Below, piece by piece: positions 28,536 to 37,605 of a DNA stretch of 64,000 nt. Every line of letters starts with the position of its first letter. Position 1 is the first letter of the stretch. The DNA lies in NCBI GenBank assembly GCA_963666425.2, contig OY762825.2, positions 1,702,143 to 1,766,142 of the forward strand, given 5' to 3'. The notes under the pieces were generated by a model. The model did not search any database. It was not told the origin of the DNA and was given only the letters and a program-made list of their open reading frames with translations. The stretch is from Bacillota bacterium. GTDB taxonomy: Bacteria > Bacillota > JAAYKD01. Both the position numbers and the translations under genes were made by a program.

Positions 28536-30605
28536 ATGAACCAATGGTCTCAATTTGTAATCCGGCATAAAAAAAGCGTACTTATCACTTTTTTAGCGCT
28601 GGCTGTTTTCAGTGGTGTATTTTCTGCAATGGTAACGGTGAATTATAATATGGTGGATTATCTGCCGCAGGACGCGCAGTCCACCACGGCAATTCGTGTC
28701 ATGACAGCAGAGTTTGGCGGTGAAATGCCCAATGCCAGGATTTTGATCAACAAGATCAGCATACAGGAAGCCCTGGAGTATAAAGCAAGAATTGCGGCTA
28801 TCGAGGGGATCGATTCGGTCAGTTGGCTGGATGATGCCGTGGGTTTGGACCAATTGACTACCACACCGATTGAGTTTCTGGATGCTGCGATTCTACAAAA
28901 TTATTACCAAGATCAAAACGCTCTTCTGTCTGTATCCATCGCAAGCGGCAGGGAAAAAGAGACAGTAGCGGCGATTCGCACTCTGATTGGTCCGCAAAAT
29001 GCAGTGGCAGGTGATGCGGTCAATACAGCAGCATCCCAGGAGATGTCTTTTTCGGAAGTGCTGAAAGCTCTGGCGATTTTGCTGCCGATTATTGTGATCA
29101 TCCTGATCGTCTCGACCAGCTCTTGGATTGAGCCACTGCTGTTCCTTCTTTCGATCGGGATTGCTGTCATGATCAATATGGGCACGAATATTTTCTTTGG
29201 GGAAATCTCTTTTATTACATATGCGATCAGTCCCATCCTGCAGCTGGCGGTTTCCCTGGATTATGCCATCTTCCTGCTGCACAGTTTCAATGAGTATCGC
29301 TTGCAGTATGAACCGAAGGAAGCAATGAAGCTGGCCATGAAAAAATCCGTAGCCGCTGTTGCCGCCAGTGCGGCTACCACGGTGATCGGTTTCTTAGCCT
29401 TAATTTTCATGCGATTCGGCATTGGTGTTGATTTAGGACTCAATTTAGTCAAAGGCGTTTTACTGAGTTTTCTTTCTGTGATGACCTTTCTGCCTGCCTT
29501 GACGCTGCTGGTTTACCCTTGGATCGATCGGACCAGACATCGCAAACTCGTTGCCGGCTCACAGAACGTGCAGAAATGGCTGATGAAAATCTGCATCCCG
29601 TTTTTAATTCTGGCGGTGCTGGTGGTTGTACCTTGTTTTCTGGCTCAGTCCAATACGGAATTTACCTACGGCATGGGCGGTGTCTCAAAAGCAACGCGCG
29701 CCGGCCAGGACGCAGCCATGATTGAGGCGAGCTTTGGTCAAGAAAATCTGCTTGTCCTCTTGGTTCCGAACGGAACGGCCGGCAAAGAAGCGGAGCTCTG
29801 CACCGACTTAGCTGTCCTTCCCCATATTACCGCTGTCGTTTCTTATGTCACGGCGGTTGGGGCTGAAATTCCCAGTGAATATTTGGCGAAAGAAGTAACC
29901 GCGCAATTCTATTCCAAGAATTTCGCCCGGATTATTCTCTATACCGATATGGCCGAAGAAGGCAGGGAAACTTTTCAGACGGTAAAGTCTGTTTTGGCTG
30001 CGGCGGCGCAGCATTACGATGTCTATTACTTGGCAGGTCAGGCTGCTACTTTGTCTGATATGAAAGATATCATTTCAGTCGATACCAAACTGGTCAATTT
30101 GGTTGCTATTATCGGGATTTTTATCGTGCTGCTGATCACTTTCAAATCGATCAGTCTACCCTTCTTTTTATTGTTTACCATTGAAACGGCAATTTGGATC
30201 AATCTTTCTTTTGCTTATTTTACGGGACAGTCTTTTAATTTTATCGGTTATTTGGTGATCAGCACGGTGCAGCTTGGCGCCACCGTTGATTACGCGATCC
30301 TCTTGACTGACCGTTATCTGGGCAATCGCCAAGAGCTTGCCAAAAAAGCAGCGATGGAGAAAACAATTGGGGATAACCTGGCTGCCGTGCTGATTTCAGC
30401 AACCGTACTGTCCACCACGGGCTTTACCTTGGCACTGACTTCGTCCAATCCAATTGTTGCCGAACTGGGCACGCTGCTCGGCAGAGGCACGCTGCTTTCC
30501 TTCCTGATGGTGGTCTGTGTGCTGCCGGCTTTGCTGGTGTTGTTTGATCGATTGATTGAGAAAACCACTTGGCGCAGCGGATTTCATCCCAACCAGCGCG
30601 AGTAA
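28536..30605 (+). CDS. MMPL/RND-superfamily transporter
   Basis: 689 aa with two blocks of about 6 TM helices, each preceded by a large extracytoplasmic loop. This is the typical MMPL (YdfJ-like) layout. Confidence 0.8.
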   Translation: MNQWSQFVIRHKKSVLITFLALAVFSGVFSAMVTVNYNMVDYLPQDAQSTTAIRVMTAEFGGEMPNARILINKISIQEALEYKARIAAIEGIDSVSWLDDAVGLDQLTTTPIEFLDAAILQNYYQDQNALLSVSIASGREKETVAAIRTLIGPQNAVAGDAVNTAASQEMSFSEVLKALAILLPIIVIILIVSTSSWIEPLLFLLSIGIAVMINMGTNIFFGEISFITYAISPILQLAVSLDYAIFLLHSFNEYRLQYEPKEAMKLAMKKSVAAVAASAATTVIGFLALIFMRFGIGVDLGLNLVKGVLLSFLSVMTFLPALTLLVYPWIDRTRHRKLVAGSQNVQKWLMKICIPFLILAVLVVVPCFLAQSNTEFTYGMGGVSKATRAGQDAAMIEASFGQENLLVLLVPNGTAGKEAELCTDLAVLPHITAVVSYVTAVGAEIPSEYLAKEVTAQFYSKNFARIILYTDMAEEGRETFQTVKSVLAAAAQHYDVYYLAGQAATLSDMKDIISVDTKLVNLVAIIGIFIVLLITFKSISLPFFLLFTIETAIWINLSFAYFTGQSFNFIGYLVISTVQLGATVDYAILLTDRYLGNRQELAKKAAMEKTIGDNLAAVLISATVLSTTGFTLALTSSNPIVAELGTLLGRGTLLSFLMVVCVLPALLVLFDRLIEKTTWRSGFHPNQRE

Positions 30606-30667
30606 TGGGCGATAGCTGCCCGGTTAAAAAGCCAAACGAAACGATGATAGAACAAGGAGAAGATAAG

Positions 30668-32206
30668 ATGAGAAAAATAATCGCAGCGATGATAACCATT
30701 GCGGTCCTGTTTACCTTCATGCTGCCAACCTACGCCGCAGCGACTCCTTCACCCAAAGAAGAGGTTGTTTACGGTATCCTTGCTTTGGATGGGAGCGTTA
30801 CTTCTGTCTACGTCGTCAATATCTTTGATGGCGGAGAAATTGTCGACTATGGAGATTATCGTGAAATCCGTAATTTAACCACTTCCGAAAAATTAAGCAA
30901 TCAAAACGGGCAAATCACGGCTACGACGACAGCGGAAAAATTGTATTATAAGGGAACACTGAAATCGCAGGAATTACCATGGAAGATTGTTGTCAAATAT
31001 TTCTTGAATGGCATAGAGCTTGCGGGATCCGAACTGGCCGGACAGGATGGAGCTCTGCAAATCGTCGTGGCAGTCAGCCGCAATCCCCTGGTGAACAGTA
31101 CTTTTTTTGAGCATTATGCCTTGCAGATCACACTCGCGTTGGATACGAAACGCTGCAGTAATATTCAGGCAGAGCAGGCTACCATTGCCGAAGCAGGCAG
31201 TAAAAAGCAATTGAATTATACACTGCTGCCAGGTAAAGAGGCAGAGATTCGGGTATCGGCGGATGTGCACGATTTTGTTATGGATGCGATTACGATCAAC
31301 GGCATCAAATTGTCTCTCAACATTGCCTTCGACCAAACGGAATTGACCGGTCAGTTCAGCCAGCTCAGCGAGGCAATCAAAGGCTTGGATGACGGCTCGC
31401 TGCAGCTGTTAGCCGGCGTAAATCAATTATCGCTTGGTTTGGAACAGTATTTTACCGGTATGAAAAGCTACAAGGACGGCTTAGCGGAACTTGATAACGG
31501 GATGGCTGGTCTGAATGCCGGAGCCGGCGCTCTGCAAAAGGGTCTATCCGAATTGTCAATGCAAAACGATAGCCTGGTGCAGGGGGCACTTGCCATCCAA
31601 CAAGCGGCTTTTGATACGGTCAATCAGCAACTTGCCGGCATGGGATTGGCGCTTCCGCTGTTGACAGCGCAGAATTACAAGGCAGTCCTCGCTAATTTAC
31701 CGGATCTTGCCCTGATTCAGGCTCAACTGGATGCTGCGGTGCAGTTTGCGGCGGGTTTGAAGAACTACACGGATGGAGTCGCCCAATTGGCGGTTGGCGC
31801 GGGGAATTTAGCAAGCGGCACGTCCCAATTGAAAACCGCTGCGGCAAAAGCTGCTTCCGGAGCCGATCAGCTTTATCAGGCAGGTGTTCAGCTGAATGCG
31901 GCAGTTAAACAGCTGCAGGAGGGTCTGGCTGCCTATCAGAACGGCACCAGTCAGTTAAAGAACCAAACCTCCAATATGGCGGCTGAGACAAGCAGCCGGA
32001 TCAATGCCATGATTGCAGCGCTGACCGGCAGCGGAGGAGAAACCGTCTCTTTTGTCTCGGAGCAGAATACCAATATCTCTGCGGTTCAGTTTGTCTTAAA
32101 AACAGAAGCGATCAAATTGAAGGATACCGCTCCGGCCGTGATCCAGCAGCCTGCCGTATTGACGTTTTGGCAGAAGCTATTGAAATTATTCGGTCTGTAT
32201 CCATAA
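30668..32206 (+). CDS. secreted heptad-repeat (LxxG) protein, YhgE/Pip N-terminal-domain-like
   Basis: A GGAGA RBS precedes the ATG at 30668. Signal peptide MRKIIAAMITIAVLFTFMLPTYAA. Repeated ...GLxxLxxG... heptads occur (IKGLDDGSLQLLAGVNQLSLGLEQ...). Confidence 0.55.
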   Translation: MRKIIAAMITIAVLFTFMLPTYAAATPSPKEEVVYGILALDGSVTSVYVVNIFDGGEIVDYGDYREIRNLTTSEKLSNQNGQITATTTAEKLYYKGTLKSQELPWKIVVKYFLNGIELAGSELAGQDGALQIVVAVSRNPLVNSTFFEHYALQITLALDTKRCSNIQAEQATIAEAGSKKQLNYTLLPGKEAEIRVSADVHDFVMDAITINGIKLSLNIAFDQTELTGQFSQLSEAIKGLDDGSLQLLAGVNQLSLGLEQYFTGMKSYKDGLAELDNGMAGLNAGAGALQKGLSELSMQNDSLVQGALAIQQAAFDTVNQQLAGMGLALPLLTAQNYKAVLANLPDLALIQAQLDAAVQFAAGLKNYTDGVAQLAVGAGNLASGTSQLKTAAAKAASGADQLYQAGVQLNAAVKQLQEGLAAYQNGTSQLKNQTSNMAAETSSRINAMIAALTGSGGETVSFVSEQNTNISAVQFVLKTEAIKLKDTAPAVIQQPAVLTFWQKLLKLFGLYP

Positions 32207-32239
32207 AAAGCTGAACAAAGCCTGAACTCCTGCAAAATG

Positions 32240-32286
32240 AATACGCCTGTCACCACCGATCAACAACCGGCAGTGACAGGCGTATT
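32240..32286. terminator. bidirectional terminator between convergent genes
   Basis: 14-bp stem AATACGCCTGTCAC (32240-32253) / GTGACAGGCGTATT (32273-32286). Confidence 0.6.
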
Positions 32287-32317
32287 TTACGAAGAATCCA
32301 AAATTCAGTGGCTTTAC

Positions 32318-33370
32318 TTACTTTGCAAACTGAGTCAGCGCAGCAAATTGGCTTTGGGTTAAATCGCATCCATAGAAGAGTTGATAATATTCGGCTGTTT
32401 TTGCATAGAGATCATAATTCGTGGTTTCGGGATAAAGTAAGTCGGTCAGCCAGAGCATTCCCATGAAAATATTGACAGACGGAGGATCGCCCAACCAATT
32501 ATAAGGACCGCTGGGTACCTGATAAATATGACCGGCCGCAACGGCTTGCAGCTGCTGCCAGGCGGCATCCTGACCGACGGATGGATAGATACTGCCCGGT
32601 GCAAAGAGTATGACCTCTGGATCCCATAACAGCAGTTGTTCCAGATCCACTTCGTTGCCGCTGCCTTTGAAGGAAGGGGAAGCAACCACTGCCAGGTTAT
32701 TGCCTACCAGATCGATGACTTCGGCATGAAAAGAAGTCTTTGCAATCACATTGAGTCCGGTATCACCCAAACAATAGAGCAGGGAGGCTTTTTGTTGCTT
32801 GGCCAAAATCCCATTGACGGTGGACAGCGTTTCTTCACAGAAAGCCGCCAGTTTTTCCGCTTGTTCTTCCCGACCAAGCAGTTTTCCTAAGCTGCGGTAC
32901 GCTGCAGCCATGGTTTCTGTGGTGGCTTCAATATGGATGGTCGGGATGCCAATCTGCTGTTGGATGCCATCCATGTCTTCCACGATCGTTTTTTTGGATT
33001 CGCCAATATCAATGATCACCTGAGGATCCGCAGCGGCAACTGCTTCCGGATCTAAGGTGTTCACACCATAGAACTGGCCGAGCACCGGCAGTTGATCGTA
33101 TTTTATGTCGATGAATTGCTTGGCTTCGGGTGCCCATTCATCGGCTAAACCAACCAACAGATCGGGGCAAATGGCAAAGAGGACAATTTGAGCCATCAGA
33201 CCGGAAGCGGCGACACGGGTGATATTAGCAGGCAGTTCTACAGACCGTTTGCTGGAATCGATGAAATTGACGAGTTTCTCAGGGCTTTTTGCAGCCGGCG
33301 CAAAAGGATTACAGCCGGTCAGCAACAAGCAAATCACTAAGAGCAGAACGAACAATTTTTTTCTGTGCAA
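32318..33370 (-). CDS. ABC transporter substrate-binding lipoprotein, FecB/BtuF (iron-siderophore/cobalamin) class
   Basis: Lipobox LLLTGC. The sequence is typical of class III periplasmic binding proteins. Confidence 0.75.
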   Translation of the reverse strand: MHRKKLFVLLLVICLLLTGCNPFAPAAKSPEKLVNFIDSSKRSVELPANITRVAASGLMAQIVLFAICPDLLVGLADEWAPEAKQFIDIKYDQLPVLGQFYGVNTLDPEAVAAADPQVIIDIGESKKTIVEDMDGIQQQIGIPTIHIEATTETMAAAYRSLGKLLGREEQAEKLAAFCEETLSTVNGILAKQQKASLLYCLGDTGLNVIAKTSFHAEVIDLVGNNLAVVASPSFKGSGNEVDLEQLLLWDPEVILFAPGSIYPSVGQDAAWQQLQAVAAGHIYQVPSGPYNWLGDPPSVNIFMGMLWLTDLLYPETTNYDLYAKTAEYYQLFYGCDLTQSQFAALTQFAK

Positions 33371-33385
33371 GATGGATCTTCTCCT

Positions 33386-34156
33386 TTAATTGAATTTTGG
33401 GATGCAAACACGGACCTTATCATTTTGAAAACTTTCCACGGAAGCTTGGACGCCGTAGAGTTGCTCCAGCAAGTCTGCCGTGATCACTGCTCGGGCAGCT
33501 CCCTGTGCAACAATTTTGCCATTCTGCAGCGCCAGTACCTGGTTGGCATAACAAAGAGCGTGATCGGGATTGTGTGTTGAAAACAGAACGGTATAACCAT
33601 CCTGTGTTAAGCTTTGGATTTGACGCAGGACGTGCAGCGCATTGCCGTAATCCAGGCTGGCAGTGGGTTCATCCATGATCAGTATTTTCGCCCCCTGCGC
33701 CAGCGCACGGGCGATCAAGACCAGTTGAGCTTCGCCGCCGCTGATCTGTTCAAAGCCGCGTTCTGCCAAAGGTAGGATATTCAGTTTTTGTAAAGCGGCT
33801 TCCGCCTGATGATACTGTTTGCTCCCCGGCGCCTGCAGCATGCCAACCTGTGCCGTCGTACCCATCAAGACCATATCAAAGACACTGAAATTGAACGTCT
33901 GGCTGTGCGATTGTGGGATATAAGCAATTTCCGCAGCCAGTTCCCGGGCGGTCAAAGCAGATGCCTCCCTCCCGTTGATCTGAATGGAGCCATGATAGCG
34001 GAGCAGCCCCAGCATGCAGCGGAATAAGGTGCTCTTGCCGGCGCCATTGGGGCCCAACACCGCCAGTAATTCACCTGCCGCTGCGGTGAAACCAATTTGC
34101 TGCAGCACCGGTGTTTGGCCGTAATGGCAGTTTAAATCCCGGACGAGAATACTCAT
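33386..34156 (-). CDS. ABC transporter ATP-binding protein (FecE/BtuD class)
   Basis: Walker A GPNGAGKST, signature ISGGEAQ and Walker B ILIMDEP. Confidence 0.85.
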   Translation of the reverse strand: MSILVRDLNCHYGQTPVLQQIGFTAAAGELLAVLGPNGAGKSTLFRCMLGLLRYHGSIQINGREASALTARELAAEIAYIPQSHSQTFNFSVFDMVLMGTTAQVGMLQAPGSKQYHQAEAALQKLNILPLAERGFEQISGGEAQLVLIARALAQGAKILIMDEPTASLDYGNALHVLRQIQSLTQDGYTVLFSTHNPDHALCYANQVLALQNGKIVAQGAARAVITADLLEQLYGVQASVESFQNDKVRVCIPKFN

Positions 34157-35175
34157 AGCTGTTCTCCCTTTCCGGTGATCAGGTAGAGGAAGAAGGGAGC
34201 ACCGATCAGAGCCGTGAGAATGCCGATGGGAATCTCAATGGCCAGTAAATTACGGGAAACATTATCCACCAAGAGCAGAAACAAAGCGCCAAACAGCATG
34301 GCAACCGGCATCAGGGATTGATAATTGCTGCCAACCAGACGCCGGGAGAGATGGGGGATGACCAGGCCGACCCAACCGATCATACCGCTGACAGAGACCG
34401 CCGCGGCCGTGAGCAAGGTGGAAGCAAGAATCACCAGCAAACGCAGCATTTTGGCATTGATCCCCATGGTGCGGGCTTGATCATCGCCCAAGGTCAGCAG
34501 ATTGATCCGCCAGCGCAGCATCAGCAAAATCACAAGACCGACCAGCATCGGGAGGGTCACAAAGAGCAAGTCATTGGCTTTGATCCCAGCCAGACTGCCC
34601 ATCAGCCAGTAAGTGATGGCAGGCAGCTGATCGGTGGGATCCGCCACCAGCTTGAGAAAGGAAGTTCCGGCGGAAAAGAGGGAACTGATCATCATGCCGG
34701 ATAAAATGAAACCCAAAACACGGCTGCCTCTGGCGCGCAGGCTGATCAGCCAAACCAGCAAGACGGTGAGCAGGCTGAAACAGAAGGCGCTCAGCATAAT
34801 CAGCTGACTGCTGCCGCCCAAAAGAATGGCCAGGGCGGCGCCGAAGGCGGCTCCGGCCGTAGCGCCCAGAATATCCGGCGAAGCCATGGGGTTTTGGAAG
34901 ACACCCTGATAGGCGGCTCCGGCAGCGGAAAGAGAGCAGCCCACGAGGCAGGCGGCTAAGATCCGGGGCAGCCGAACATTGAAGACAATCGATTGCATCC
35001 GTTCCGTCCAGAAAGGCGTGATCGAAAAAAACCTGCCTGCCAAAATCCCAAGCAGCTCAGGCAGCGGCACCGGGTAGCGTCCCAGCAGAAAAGAAAGGCA
35101 GATCAGCAAAAACAGCAGCAGGCTGAGCATCAAAATAATCCGATTGGGATGTTTGACTTTGCTTTGTGGTTTCAT
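34153..35175 (-). CDS. ABC transporter permease, FecCD/BtuC family
   Basis: 340 aa with about 9-10 TM helices and a FecCD-type sequence. It has 4-nt overlaps with both neighbouring genes. Confidence 0.85.
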   Translation of the reverse strand: MKPQSKVKHPNRIILMLSLLLFLLICLSFLLGRYPVPLPELLGILAGRFFSITPFWTERMQSIVFNVRLPRILAACLVGCSLSAAGAAYQGVFQNPMASPDILGATAGAAFGAALAILLGGSSQLIMLSAFCFSLLTVLLVWLISLRARGSRVLGFILSGMMISSLFSAGTSFLKLVADPTDQLPAITYWLMGSLAGIKANDLLFVTLPMLVGLVILLMLRWRINLLTLGDDQARTMGINAKMLRLLVILASTLLTAAAVSVSGMIGWVGLVIPHLSRRLVGSNYQSLMPVAMLFGALFLLLVDNVSRNLLAIEIPIGILTALIGAPFFLYLITGKGEQL

Positions 35176-35795
35176 ACCGTTGCAACCTCGGCTGGATTCG
35201 CTCGTTGGCAGCTTGGCGGCACGGCCAGCTTGCCATTCCGCGCCAGGAAGTCATGCATTTCCTGCGCGCCGGGCAGGTAATCAACCAACTGCGTGCCAGG
35301 CATTGCACAGAACAGCGCTTCCAGTTCGTCGTGATAAAGCAGAAGATCAGGGCTGAGACGAGCTTGTTCGATCATTTGTGCCAGATTCGCCCGGCTTTTC
35401 CAAACGCCTAGAATAACACGGTCGGAGCAGAACAATTCCCGTAGTCGCTGCCGTACCGGAGGTAACTGCAGTTCGGCACCGCCGATTTCATCCAAAACCA
35501 GAAAGGGCTGGCACTCGGTCAGGGTGATGAATTGCCGCAGAAAGGCATCCGCTGCAAACTGAGCACCATCGGCCGTGAGATTCAAGAAAATACCAGCTTG
35601 CTTTGGGTCGTATGGCAGACAGGCTGTTTGAGCCTCTGCCGCCGGGGTCAGGCAGTAGGCTCTGATACCGCTCGGCAGCAGCAGACGCTGCACAATAAAA
35701 CCTCCGGCCGGCCGTTTTGCTTGACGTAGGGTTTGCAGCAGCAGGCTCGTCTTTCCGCTACCGGAAGGACCTTGCAATAGCAGCTTGGAGATCAT
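35172..35795 (-). CDS. P-loop NTPase (THEP1/DUF2478-like)
   Basis: Walker A GPSGSGKT and Walker B FLVLDEIG. It overlaps both neighbouring genes by 4 nt. Confidence 0.6.
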   Translation of the reverse strand: MISKLLLQGPSGSGKTSLLLQTLRQAKRPAGGFIVQRLLLPSGIRAYCLTPAAEAQTACLPYDPKQAGIFLNLTADGAQFAADAFLRQFITLTECQPFLVLDEIGGAELQLPPVRQRLRELFCSDRVILGVWKSRANLAQMIEQARLSPDLLLYHDELEALFCAMPGTQLVDYLPGAQEMHDFLARNGKLAVPPSCQRANPAEVATV

Positions 35796-36757
35796 TGCGT
35801 GTCACCTCCGGGCAGATACTGCTGGAAGCTCTCCTGGAATAATTGTTCGGAATAGAGTTCCAGGTCACGCTGCATTTTCAGAAACATCGTTAAGAATTCC
35901 GTGCCCTGTACGGTGAGTTGTGAACTGCCGCCGCGATCACCGCCGGGATGGCTATCCAATAAATCAAAACCCAATTGGCTCTCGGCCATCTTGATCATCT
36001 TCCAACCGGTCGAGTAAGACATCGAGAGCAGTTTGCAGGCGGCACTCAAAGAGCCGGCCAAAGCGATTTTTTCCAATAAAACGGCGGTATCATCCTGAAA
36101 AAATACTTCCCGTCGGCTGAAAGAGAGCTGCACGCTGCAAGTGACCGGATTAGTCTGCGACATTGCCGCAGCATAGAGTTTCAGGCGCTGATAATCTTCC
36201 GGCCGATCGGCATCCAGGGTCATGCCCAAATCCGGCAACTCAATCGTTTCTTTGCTGCATTCAAGCGAGGCCAGGGCAGCCTGTAAACCACCGTCGCCTT
36301 TGAATTGCAACAGGTCATGGATGATGCCGTTCTGCAGCAGCACAGGGTGGCCGGAGCGGCCTTTGTGGCTGGGAAACAGAATGGCAGAATGTGAGTAATC
36401 CATCAAGCCCATCATTGTCAGTAAAGAGCGTTTGGAGAACAGCGGCACATCGGCGGGCAGGAAAAAAAAGCGTTCGCAGCGCTCTTGGATCCATTGCAGG
36501 CCAAGGCAGGCGGAAAAAAACATATCCGTCGTGCGGTAATCCGGATTATAGAGGCAGGTAACGTCCAACGGGGCAAGATGATGCTGCAGCCGTTCCGCTT
36601 CCCGCCCGGTTATGACCACGATGGGATCGGCACCGGCGGCTTTCAGCGTTTCTATGGCGGTCTTAATGACGGTGGAACCACCCAGCTGCAGCATGGGTTT
36701 GAATGATTTCATGCGGGAAGATAAGCCTGCTGCGACAATGACTGCTCCGGTCTTCAT
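35792..36757 (-). CDS. MobA/MocA-like NTP transferase (probable Moco cytidylyltransferase) fused to ModE-type winged HTH
   Basis: An AGGAGG RBS precedes the ATG at 36757. The N-terminus MKTGAVIVAAGLSSRMKSFKPML is a MobA-like signature. The C-terminus ...IALAGSLSAACKLLSMSYSTGWKMIKMAE...GGDRGGSSQLT resembles the ModE N-terminal HTH. Confidence 0.7.
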   Translation of the reverse strand: MKTGAVIVAAGLSSRMKSFKPMLQLGGSTVIKTAIETLKAAGADPIVVITGREAERLQHHLAPLDVTCLYNPDYRTTDMFFSACLGLQWIQERCERFFFLPADVPLFSKRSLLTMMGLMDYSHSAILFPSHKGRSGHPVLLQNGIIHDLLQFKGDGGLQAALASLECSKETIELPDLGMTLDADRPEDYQRLKLYAAAMSQTNPVTCSVQLSFSRREVFFQDDTAVLLEKIALAGSLSAACKLLSMSYSTGWKMIKMAESQLGFDLLDSHPGGDRGGSSQLTVQGTEFLTMFLKMQRDLELYSEQLFQESFQQYLPGGDTQ

Positions 36758-36848
36758 AAGTAACCTCCTATCGAGTGATATCGTAAAACATAACGATGGC
36801 AGAAAGGGTCCCGGCAGGCGTTTCTGCCGGGAAGAGATCAGCTTTAGT

Positions 36849-37277
36849 TTATAACAGCTGCGGCAGCGTGTCAATTACAAAAGCCATGATCGCGGGACAA
36901 ATTTCCTGGGCTTGACCAGACTCCGACAGCCGCGCTTTTTGCTGTGGATCGGAAAGGTTGCTTTTTAGAATTTCCCGGCAGGTAAGACCGGGATACTCTT
37001 CCAGGAAATATTCCTGCAGGCGGCTGACTTTTGCTTTCAGCATGGCTTTTTGCTCTGTTGGCGCGCTGGTGCTGTTGCCGTAGCGTAAACCTAAAACCAT
37101 CACGGCAGCGGCATAGGCGCCGCAAACCTCACCGCAGTAGAGACCGCCGCCAAATCCAGCCGCCAGGCGGCGAGCCATGTCGGCAGAGAGGCCAAGTTGT
37201 TCAGCGAAGGCGGCCAACACGATTTGGGCACAGTTGAAACCGAGGGCATGCTGCTGATTCACGTAGGTGAGACTCAT
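36849..37277 (-). CDS. C-GCAxxG-C-C family redox protein
   Basis: Diagnostic Cys pattern: FNCAQ, CGEVCGAYAAA, LTCREIL and EICPAIM. Confidence 0.75.
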   Translation of the reverse strand: MSLTYVNQQHALGFNCAQIVLAAFAEQLGLSADMARRLAAGFGGGLYCGEVCGAYAAAVMVLGLRYGNSTSAPTEQKAMLKAKVSRLQEYFLEEYPGLTCREILKSNLSDPQQKARLSESGQAQEICPAIMAFVIDTLPQLL

Positions 37278-37280
37278 GGC

Positions 37281-37592
37281 TTACTCCCGATAAGAACAGC
37301 AGTAATCGGTGACGGTTTGCACTTTCAATTGAAAACGGGAATTGGCGGCAACGGTAAACTGACTGTCTGCTTCATAACGCCGGTATTCTGTTTCTCCGGG
37401 TAAGCGTACATCGACCGTGCCGGCTAAAATCTGCATCAGTTCTTCGGCTGCAGTGGCAAATTCGTATTCACCCGGCAAAAAAATACCTAGAGTTTTGCGT
37501 TCGCCCTGGGCGGTAAAGAAGGTGCGGCTGCTGACTTTGCCATCAAAATAGATATTGGCTTTGGCAATTAGGGTGACATTTTTAAATTCCAT
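37281..37592 (-). CDS. ppnP: PpnP-like (DUF1255 cupin) pyrimidine/purine nucleoside phosphorylase homolog
   Basis: ANIYFDGKVSSRTF...LPGEYEFATAAEELMQILAG...LPGE...FTVAANSRFQLKV...DYCCSY aligns well with E. coli YaiE/PpnP as I remember it. An AAGGAGGAAAG RBS precedes the ATG at 37592. Confidence 0.7.
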   Translation of the reverse strand: MEFKNVTLIAKANIYFDGKVSSRTFFTAQGERKTLGIFLPGEYEFATAAEELMQILAGTVDVRLPGETEYRRYEADSQFTVAANSRFQLKVQTVTDYCCSYRE

Positions 37593-37605
37593 AATTCTTT
37601 CCTCC

